A stretch of 57,591 nucleotides of DNA from a virus (Duplodnaviria; Caudoviricetes): positions 1-57,591 of IMG/VR virus record IMGVR_UViG_3300012031_000015; one strand, 5' to 3'. The translations under genes and the position numbers were made by a program. Below the pieces are notes generated by a model, which did not search any database, was not told the DNA's origin, and worked only from the letters and a program-made list of their open reading frames with translations. This document shows, in pieces, positions 34,856 through 43,700 of the stretch; positions within the stretch are counted from its first letter, which is position 1, and every line of letters begins with the position of its first letter.

Positions 34856-35842
34856 CTAGCCGATTAACCAGCTATAGCCCACTCCGCCAGCCACCTGCTG
34901 CACCACGTCAATTTCAAGTTTTTCCATTTCAGCTTGCGCTTCTGCTTTTAGTGCGTCACCGTTTAGTGAGCTGCCACCTTGTGGGCCCGCAATCTGTGCA
35001 AACTTGCTCCGTGCCTCGCCTAGCATATATTTACAACTGGCTAGAGTGTAATCCTTGATCCACGGCCCTGCTAGATAATCTGTAATTAACTGGTCATCTG
35101 GTCTATAATTATAAGCATATAACATCAGAGTCTCCTCTGCTCTAGGACGTTGCAGCAAGGTTAATTTTTTAGCAGTAGTGTTCCATTTAAATTCAATAAA
35201 ACTACCAAACATTCGTCCTACTAGCTCTTGATACTGACTAAACATGTCGTAGGTAGCTAGACCTCCCATATTAGAGCTGCTTAACAAGTAAGCGTTGGTA
35301 TAAGCCAAACTAAACGGATCAAATAACGAGCCACCGCCGTTTTCGCCAGATGCAAACAAACTTACTCCTACTACGTCGGCAGGCACTAGCGGAGTAATAA
35401 ACGTAATTGTTCTATTGTTAGAATCAATTGCATAGTCCTTTGTGTCCACACCGTTTACTTTTACAATAACAGTTTTTACTGACATTAGATTGTAGTTCAC
35501 GTCAAACGTAGACAATTGGCCTGGAACTGCTGTGAATGATTGAGTAAATATTGGGCCACCTGATTGCGATGTTGAAGGACGAGATCCAATACTTCTTCTG
35601 AATATTTTTCTTACTTCAATAACTTCGTTAGCCAACGTATAATCATTTTGATCCTCTGAAGTTGTAAGAAAAATGTATGACTCTTCAACTGAGTTGTCTG
35701 AACGCTGCCTAAATTTAGATAGTGCTTTTTTTAGAGCAGTTTCATAGTGAATTTTATCTAGTTCAACGTCAATCATCCCGTCACCTAGAAACACTCTTAC
35801 GTAATCATATACTTCTTGCTTTTGTGCGGTCAAATTTGACAT
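34856..35842 (-). CDS. gp13: neck protein (T4 gp13-like)
   Basis: LGDGMIDVEL, WIKDYTLA..KYMLG..RSKF..GPQGG..LNG. Confidence 0.85.
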   Translation of the reverse strand: MSNLTAQKQEVYDYVRVFLGDGMIDVELDKIHYETALKKALSKFRQRSDNSVEESYIFLTTSEDQNDYTLANEVIEVRKIFRRSIGSRPSTSQSGGPIFTQSFTAVPGQLSTFDVNYNLMSVKTVIVKVNGVDTKDYAIDSNNRTITFITPLVPADVVGVSLFASGENGGGSLFDPFSLAYTNAYLLSSSNMGGLATYDMFSQYQELVGRMFGSFIEFKWNTTAKKLTLLQRPRAEETLMLYAYNYRPDDQLITDYLAGPWIKDYTLASCKYMLGEARSKFAQIAGPQGGSSLNGDALKAEAQAEMEKLEIDVVQQVAGGVGYSWLIG

Positions 35843-35861
35843 TTAGTAGTTCTCCTTGATG

Positions 35862-35878
35862 TATTTATTAAATAAATA
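35862..35878. promoter_or_regulatory. bidirectional TAAATA late promoter
   Basis: TATTTATTAAATAAATA between the divergent gp13 and gp14 genes. Confidence 0.6.
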
Positions 35879-35902
35879 CACTAAGAACCAAGGAGAAACA
35901 CT

Positions 35903-37060
35903 ATCCCTCGCTTATCATTATATAAACCAGAACGTGGCAATGATTATTATTTTCTTGATCGACAAATAAAAGAAATGTTTGTAGTCGGCGGCACGGATGT
36001 TAATATCCACAAATACCTGGGGCCGTTGAACCCCGAGGAAGCACAAGCCACTGCTGACCAACCTGTGTACGATAAAATGTCAGTGACTAATATTCAGGAT
36101 CTATTATTTTTAGAAAATCGTGACCGAAAGTACGATCCGGATATTTATAATATTCGCGGCATCTATAATGTTCAAGATATTGACTTTGACCTATCAGCGT
36201 TTGGTATGTTCTTAAGCAACGACACTGTATTTTTAACTGTTCATATCAACAGCAGTGTAAAAACTCTAGGACGCAAGATACTGTCGGGTGACGTTATAGA
36301 ATTACCTCACCTAAAAGACGAATACGCACTTAATGATTATTCATCTAGTCTAAAAAGATTCTATGTAGTAGAAGATGTAACGCGAGCAGGGGAAGGATTT
36401 AGTCCTACTTGGTTTCCTCATCTATACAGACTCAAACTTAAACAGATTATTGACAGTCAAGAGTATGCAGATATACTTGATCAGCCTGCTGACCTGGACA
36501 GCGATAATACACTACGTGATCTACTGAGCACTTACGATAAAGAAATGCAGATTAGCCAAGCAGTAGTAGCGCAAGCAGAAGCTGATGCGCCACGCTCTGG
36601 ATTTGAAATCAGTCATTACTACACTATAGACACAAACGAAAATGGCAGTATTTCATTGAGAACTGCGGTGCCCAGTGATCTACAAGACAACAATATCTCT
36701 GAGTATGCTGCGTTTGTAGGTAAACCGTCGCGTTCAGGATACACTGGTTATATGATAGGTGGCGGCGATGCTGCTCCCAATGGGTTGCCCTTTGGTATCG
36801 GCACACAATTTCCTCGAGATACTGTTACTGGTGATTACTTTTTACGCACTGATTTTATGCCCAACAGGCTATTTCAATACGATGAAGATCGCTGGAAGAA
36901 AGTCTACGACGATATTAGAATGACACTGAGTAATGTAGACCAAAGACAAAATCAAAGAGGAAGTTTTGTTAATAACTTTAACACCAGTATAATTGACGGC
37001 GAAATAGTTGAAGAAAGACAAAGCTTGTCCAAAGCACTTAGACCAAAACCAGATAATTAA
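35903..37060 (+). CDS. gp14: neck/head-closure protein (T4 gp14-like), probable ATC start
   Basis: LSAFGMFL, GDVIELPHL, FYVVEDV, HLYRLK. AGGAG RBS 7 nt before an in-frame ATC at 35903; the first ATG is at 35975. Confidence 0.7.
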   Translation: MPRLSLYKPERGNDYYFLDRQIKEMFVVGGTDVNIHKYLGPLNPEEAQATADQPVYDKMSVTNIQDLLFLENRDRKYDPDIYNIRGIYNVQDIDFDLSAFGMFLSNDTVFLTVHINSSVKTLGRKILSGDVIELPHLKDEYALNDYSSSLKRFYVVEDVTRAGEGFSPTWFPHLYRLKLKQIIDSQEYADILDQPADLDSDNTLRDLLSTYDKEMQISQAVVAQAEADAPRSGFEISHYYTIDTNENGSISLRTAVPSDLQDNNISEYAAFVGKPSRSGYTGYMIGGGDAAPNGLPFGIGTQFPRDTVTGDYFLRTDFMPNRLFQYDEDRWKKVYDDIRMTLSNVDQRQNQRGSFVNNFNTSIIDGEIVEERQSLSKALRPKPDN

Positions 37061-37075
37061 GATAGGGAGAATATA

Positions 37076-38488
37076 GTGAAATTTTTCTACGACGCTCAGA
37101 TTAGAAGATACATAACTCAGATGATGCGCATCATGAGCAACTTCCCTGTCCAAGACGGGAACGGCAACATAAAAGAAGTTCCTGTAATGTACGGTGATAT
37201 GTCTCGACAGGTTGCCCACGTTATAAGAGAAAACAGCGAGAACAAGCTACCTAGTGCACCTAGAATAAGTGTATACGTAACTGGTCTTGAATTAGACAAA
37301 GATAGACTGAGCGATTCTTCTTACACTCGCAAGACCAATATTAGAGAACGGGCCTACGACAGCAACAACAACGAGTATCTTAATTACCAAGGTAAGAACT
37401 ATACAGTAGAGCGTTTAATGCCCACTCCTTATACTCTTCGATTGACTTCGGATATATGGGCCAGCAATACTGATCAAAAATTACAATTACTTGAGCAGAT
37501 ACTGGTTATGTTTAATCCAGCGCTTGAGATACAGACCACTGACAACTTTATTGATTGGACCAGCATCACTGTGGTAAACCTTGACAGCATTTCTTGGTCC
37601 AGTCGCAGCATTCCTACAGGTGTAGATAGTGAGATCGACGTTGCTTCTATATCGTTCAGTATACCAATTTATATCAGCCCTCCGATAAAGGTCAAGAAGA
37701 TGGGAGTGATTACTAATATCATTACATCAATGTTTGACGAAACACGAGGCACAATTGAAGCTGGAGTAAGCACGCCTGAGATCAACCAATATGACAGCTT
37801 TGCCACTGCTGGAAGTGCCAGTACTAGATACGGAGCAGTAGCGCAAACTGAACTGTCAGACACCATGGCCAATGTAAACTATATTCAATGGCCCTTGTAT
37901 CTAGAAGCAGGCACTGCTCAACTGATCACAAACGGCACAGTGGGCACACAGTCATGGAGAGATCTATTTGAAGCGTACCCTGGCGTGTACTCTGCTGGGG
38001 TAACCACTATTTTTATTAACAACAAGGACAACGACAGCACACTAACCGGCACAGTTTCACTCGACAGCAATGACGAGGGCAAACTTAATATCGACTTTGA
38101 CATTGATTCATTTCCTGGAGATACTGTTATTGACGCAAGGACGGGTATAGACTACGTGATAGACCCCACTAGATTCAACCCTACAAGCGTTCTGTCGCAG
38201 TCAGCACGGTTCCTCATACTCGAGGACATAGGCGCTGACACTGCTACAGAAAGTGCAGCAGTTTGGAAGAACGCAGATGGTACAAAATTAGTTGCAAAAG
38301 CCAATGATATTATTGAATGGACAGGTACTGGCTGGCGTATTGTGTTCGATGCCAGTGAGGTTACAGAGATAACCTATACCACTAACCTTGCTACCGGCAC
38401 ACAATATCGTTTCAAAAACGGAGAATGGCTCAAGTCAGTAGATGGCGAGTACCCTGTAGGAACATATCGTATTGACCTAGAAGGATAA
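37076..38488 (+). CDS. gp15: tail terminator/sheath stabiliser (T4 gp15-like) with C-terminal extension
   Basis: FFYDAQIRRY, VPVMYG, PTPY, QLLEQILVMFNP. Confidence 0.8.
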   Translation: MKFFYDAQIRRYITQMMRIMSNFPVQDGNGNIKEVPVMYGDMSRQVAHVIRENSENKLPSAPRISVYVTGLELDKDRLSDSSYTRKTNIRERAYDSNNNEYLNYQGKNYTVERLMPTPYTLRLTSDIWASNTDQKLQLLEQILVMFNPALEIQTTDNFIDWTSITVVNLDSISWSSRSIPTGVDSEIDVASISFSIPIYISPPIKVKKMGVITNIITSMFDETRGTIEAGVSTPEINQYDSFATAGSASTRYGAVAQTELSDTMANVNYIQWPLYLEAGTAQLITNGTVGTQSWRDLFEAYPGVYSAGVTTIFINNKDNDSTLTGTVSLDSNDEGKLNIDFDIDSFPGDTVIDARTGIDYVIDPTRFNPTSVLSQSARFLILEDIGADTATESAAVWKNADGTKLVAKANDIIEWTGTGWRIVFDASEVTEITYTTNLATGTQYRFKNGEWLKSVDGEYPVGTYRIDLEG

Positions 38489-38496
38489 CTATTTGT

Positions 38497-38943
38497 ATGA
38501 CCAATAAAATAGTTTGCAGTGGCGCATTGTTTTATGCGTTGGACACCAAAAGGTTTCTTTTTATTCACCGTACTCAGGGTAGACAAAAGAATCAATGGGG
38601 GATAGTAGGAGGAACCACAGAAGGGGTAGAGTCTCCGTTTCAGGGTCTCCAGCGTGAGATACAAGAAGAAATAGGCGCTGCTGATATCCTAAAGACCATG
38701 CCGCTTGAAAGTTTTATTTCTAACGATGATTACTTTCACTTTCACACATATCTAACGCTGGTTAAACAAGAATTTATTCCCAGTCTTAATCACGAGCACG
38801 ATGGCTATGCATGGGTGAGTTTTGGCAAGTGGCCCAAACCACTACACCACGGACTGAGAAACACACTTCAAAATAAAACAATTCAAAACAAGCTTCAAAC
38901 AGTTATGAAGGTTATTGACTTGTTAAACATTAGTTCAGAATAG
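38497..38943 (+). CDS. NUDIX hydrolase
   Basis: Nudix box GGTTEGVESPFQGLQREIQEEIG; LNHEHDGYAW. Confidence 0.88.
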   Translation: MTNKIVCSGALFYALDTKRFLFIHRTQGRQKNQWGIVGGTTEGVESPFQGLQREIQEEIGAADILKTMPLESFISNDDYFHFHTYLTLVKQEFIPSLNHEHDGYAWVSFGKWPKPLHHGLRNTLQNKTIQNKLQTVMKVIDLLNISSE

Positions 38944-38953
38944 TAATAACGAG

Positions 38954-39353
38954 TTAACTGGTTCTGTAACGAATTATTACTATGCCAGAGCCTCCGCCGT
39001 TGCCATCTCCTTCGCTACTACTTCCGCCGCCGCCGCCTGCTACAATTAAGTATTCAACTTCGCCGCCTTTGGTCACATTAAAAGTACTGGTGCCAGTGTC
39101 GGTAAACACGTGAACACGATAAGCAGTGCCGTTGTGATTCATGTCATACACACTGTTGCCGCCTGTGGCAACTACTCCGCTGACACTGGTAGCAATCCAC
39201 CCGCTAAAGCTAGTATCGTAATATTCAGTTATTCCCAACTCACTGTTAAATCGTAATTGCCCGGCCGCAGCAGTAGGGCGCTGCGCAGTGGTTCCTACTG
39301 GCAGTGTAAAATTTCCTGTGTCGTTAATTGTGGTATTTTTTTAAGTTAGCCAT
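38954..39353 (-). pseudogene. short glycine-rich tail-associated protein interrupted by a frameshift in an A7 run
   Basis: ATG at 39353. Removing one A from 39336-39342 gives MANLKNTTINDTGNFTLPVGTTAQRP..QLRFNSELGITEYY continuous with ORF 38954-39238 (VAGGGGG..GGSGIVIIRY). Confidence 0.6.
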
Positions 39354-40710
39354 TCTTGAGCTCTTGTAGTTGTTTTTCTAGATCTTTAACTGCTTCTATT
39401 AGGTATGCAGTTAATCGAGAGTACTGAATTGATTTTTGACCCTGCGTACTAACCAGCTCTGGAGCAATTTTTTCTACCTCTTCTGCTATTAACCCTGTTT
39501 CGTATGCGCCAGAGGACTTTCTGTTATAGTGCACTCCGTCAAGCATAAGCACAGTGGCCAGTGCGTTTGCTATGGGAACAACATTCTCTTTGAGTACAAT
39601 ACTGGAAGTTTCTGTAAGCGTGCCGTTTATAGTCAGGTCTCCAGTGACTGTGTAGGTGCCATCTAGTGTGTCATCTTGATCACTCCTAACAAAAGAACTG
39701 CTGTCTATACCATCTAAGGTTGTGGCGTTAACACTGTTAAGTCCCGAGCCGTTGCCGGTCCAAACTCCTGAACCCACTGTTTCTATATTTCCTAGGTGAT
39801 CTAATTGGAAGCCGTTAGTCGAAAAGCTACTTAAAAACTGAAGTTCGTTTCCGTCGGCGCCGCCGGTACTGCCTTGATATCCTATTTTCCAGTTGTAAGC
39901 GCCTGGCAAATGACCAAACACAATCCAAGCATCTGCGCTATCTAGTAAACTGTTTCCTAGTCTTAATAGCTCGCCGGTACCAATAATAGTATGTTTAGCA
40001 GTGATAATATTGTTTTGGTCAGTCCTAAGGAATTGACTGCTATTAACCCCGTCGAGTGTGTCTGCATCAATATTAAGAGCATCAATATCAAACTTAGTTT
40101 GATCAGCAGTTGCATTGTTCTCAATGTTAGATAGTTTGTTTTTCTCAATATTACTGTAAGGCTCCGAGTTCCCAGCATGAAATATTAGGTTACCGTCAGC
40201 TCTAACAACCCCGTAGCTGGTCCTGAAGTCGATTATTTTAACGCTGGTTTCTATACTAGTATTTTCAAAGTACATTACGTTATTACTATCAAATCCCCAT
40301 GCACCTGTAACTTGCCCACCATCCTGACTCAACCTTATTGTAGCTGTATCGTCCTCGTTACTATTATCATTATCTGCTATCACAGAGAATACTGCTGGCC
40401 CAGTAGCGCCACTAACTGTTAAATTGCCACTAACGGTACCGTCCACATCGCTGCGTAAGAATTGTGTACTAGTAATACTGTTCAGTGTTCCTGCATTAAC
40501 ACCAAGTGCATCAACGTCTGCTTTAGACACAAGATACTCTAAGTCGTTAGTCAACTCTGATATATTATCTGTTTGTTTAAGCACGCGGTCTGTGCCTATG
40601 TTAACAACATAGCCATCCGCAAATGTAGCGGTGTCTGTAGAAACATCTACAGAGAAGTCATCTGGTCCCACAACAATACCGTGTCGGACCTTAAAATCAT
40701 TAATTGCCAT
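39346..40710 (-). CDS. tail fibre protein with C-terminal intramolecular chaperone (S74-like)
   Basis: Three xAxTL(D/N)xxxSxxFxRxD repeats; SS..LKENV, GLIAEEVEKIAPELV, IQYSRLTAYLIEAVK. Confidence 0.8.
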   Translation of the reverse strand: MAINDFKVRHGIVVGPDDFSVDVSTDTATFADGYVVNIGTDRVLKQTDNISELTNDLEYLVSKADVDALGVNAGTLNSITSTQFLRSDVDGTVSGNLTVSGATGPAVFSVIADNDNSNEDDTATIRLSQDGGQVTGAWGFDSNNVMYFENTSIETSVKIIDFRTSYGVVRADGNLIFHAGNSEPYSNIEKNKLSNIENNATADQTKFDIDALNIDADTLDGVNSSQFLRTDQNNIITAKHTIIGTGELLRLGNSLLDSADAWIVFGHLPGAYNWKIGYQGSTGGADGNELQFLSSFSTNGFQLDHLGNIETVGSGVWTGNGSGLNSVNATTLDGIDSSSFVRSDQDDTLDGTYTVTGDLTINGTLTETSSIVLKENVVPIANALATVLMLDGVHYNRKSSGAYETGLIAEEVEKIAPELVSTQGQKSIQYSRLTAYLIEAVKDLEKQLQELKNG

Positions 40711-40755
40711 TTAGTTCCCTTTCCCTAAAATTAGCTGTTCATAACTACTTATCCA

Positions 40756-43700
40756 TTAAATAGTTATCATAGTTTTTACTACTTTGTAAGTGTGTGAAGC
40801 TGCTGTGGCAGCAGTTGCCAGTAAGGAAACACTACCTCCAGAATATATTGCTGTAAAACTGGCCAACGGATCTGCAGAAGTATGAATTATTGCGTACTCT
40901 ACGAAATCCGCCCTAACGCCGCTGTCATGCACTACTAGAATTTCCTGCGCTTGATAATCACCTGTGCTGTTGTTTGTTACCTGTACTATCATCTTTGCAG
41001 ACCTAAATTGTGAACCAAGAAACGTGGCCACTGTCTGTGGAGACGTAGAGCTGGCAGTTGTGGTCTCTGAATCTAAACTAAAATCTTTAACTTGAAAGCT
41101 GTCAGTAACTTCTATATTATTAGCGGTAATCGAGTTAGACCAAGCAGGTGATCCATTGATTGATGTTAAAATTGTATTCGCAACACCAATGGGCAATCGG
41201 CTCATGCTGTCTGTATTAGTAGACAACTCGGCCGCCGCAAATATTATATCACCAGCAATATAACTTTGTATGTTGGTGCCGCCCTTGTTTACTGGCACGG
41301 CTCTGTTTAGGTTTTCTGGATTAATAAAGAACGAACTTGGACTACCACCCAGCGTTGCGGCATCCAGTGTACCACCATCAGCCGACGAAGTAATATCAAC
41401 TTCACCTTGTGGAGAAACCGTAAACTGGCTTTTATTAAAAGCCGATACACCAACGTTTGTATAGTCTACGTTGCCGGCTGCGCTGCTTGTGGGTAGTATT
41501 TCTAGCCTTAGATCGCCGTAGTAACGGTTATCAGATCCAACTGTATTAGAGTTACCCACAAGGTTCAATGGGCTGTCAGGGTTTATTCTAATAGTGCTAA
41601 CAGCTTCAACCCATGAAGAATCGCCTCGTAAAAACGTACTGGTATTTGCAACGCCGCTAGCAAGCCTGGACGTAGAAATAGTACCTGATACTATGTTTGC
41701 TGCGTCTACATTTGTAGCAGACAATGAACTGTAATTATCTAATTCTCTGCTGGATGTATCAGTTGTTCCAGTAATTTCCACATTCTGTAAAGTAAATGTT
41801 GCAGTTCCAGTACCAGGTGAAACTGTTAATGATTCTTCTGATTGTACTATACCGTTTATGCTCTGAACTGCAAATCCTCTATCGTTGTGCAGTGTAAATG
41901 AGTTTGTAGTAGGAGCTCCAACGTAATAGAAATTGCCAGATACAAGCCCGTCGGGCAGGTCAGCTCCTACTATTCTAACTGGATCACCGACCTTAAACCC
42001 GTGATTGTTTACTACTATTCTATTAGCAGAAAGTGATACTGTTCTTTTTCTAAACAGGTGGGTTCCTAACTGACTAGTAGTAAAGTTTACTTGTTGGGCT
42101 GGATTCAAATCATAACGAGTGTATACTGCAAAACTTGTATTGTTTATGACCTTTACATAAAATATTCCTATTTGGCTCAGACCCCCTATTGAGGCATTAC
42201 CGTTATTATCATATTCAATAGGATCACCGTCGGTAAATCCGTGACCACTAGAAACTATTATATGTGAAACGTTATAATCTATTTCTCCGCTAGCAGCGTC
42301 TCCGTCAAAACTGATAGAATTAAACGAAGTTAAATTATTAGTCTCAAGCACCGGTGCATTATTATCTGCTATATAATCTCTTCTTGTATCTGACGCAGTA
42401 AACCTTATAAAGTTTCCTGTAATATCAACATACAATCTCTTTTCTGTTGCACTTACCTCTACAGTAAATGCAGTGCCTCCTGATCTGCCACCAATAAGTA
42501 CGTCATTAGTTACGGTGAGCGTATCCCCCACAACATAGCCTGCGCCACCTCTTCTTAAATCAATTATAGTAACTTCTCCAGCAGATACTGTTATATCTGC
42601 TCTTGCGCCGACTCCCGAGCCAGATGAACTGTCCAGCGGTACATTAATATAAGTTCCACTTGTGCTATACCCAGATCCACTTGGCAAAGCACCGGCATTA
42701 ATTAAGATTGTTAGACCTTGAACAAAATCAGTTATTTGTCCTTGTGCTCGGCTGCCAGCCGACGTTACACTAGCACCAACAGTGAAGTCAAGCGCAGTAC
42801 CACTTTCTGGATCATCTATTTTTAGGAACTGAGAGTCACCGTCGTCACTTAGGAAAAAGTTTTGCTGAAATTCTGCGTTGACGTCGGCAGTGACAACATA
42901 CAATCCTGCTGGACTTTCAACTCCATTAATCTCTAGTGTATTAGCAATACCTTGTATAAATTCACCAACTACGTTTACTAGAACCACAACAGTATCAGCA
43001 ATAACATCTTCTCTTACAAATCCTTCTGAACCAGAGCTAGCTTGTGTAAATTTGTCTCCCTTGATTACTGTTATGTTTTGATCTACAATAATAGATTGTT
43101 GCTGATATGCCTCAATAACAATATCACCACTCAACACTTCCTGCGGAGGGATATCGTTCACTAGTTCTAGCCTGGCCTCAAAAGAAGACAGATTGTATGA
43201 ATTAAATGCCCTTGTAGGCGGAATTACATCGACGTTCAACTGACCAGATGAGTTTAGCTGTACTACCGCGCCCGGTACAGAAGATGTGGAAACTCTTTTG
43301 TCAAGGAAATCACCAAGACGATTATCTAAGAATAGTCTTTGAGAAAGTTGAGTGGTCAGTCTTTCGTTAGATGCTCCACCGGGTTCATTATCACCAAGAC
43401 CTGGGTCAGTTGATATTTGAGATATAGTAGCTCCGGAAAGATTAAGAGAGATAGAATCAAGACGCGCAATGGAGACTCTATTTGCAAATATCACATTACC
43501 TGTTCTATTTTCTGCTCTTATAAAATTACCTACTTTAAAGTCGCCTAATTCGTTTGTACCCGAAGCGTATACTCTTCCTGGTAGATCTTCAAATTGTTCA
43601 AAGCGCTCTATGCTTTTACCACCGTTGCTAGGTAATGCATTATAATCAGTACCTGATCCTGCATATTCCCATGTGTGAGCAGACGAGTTAACAATAGAAG

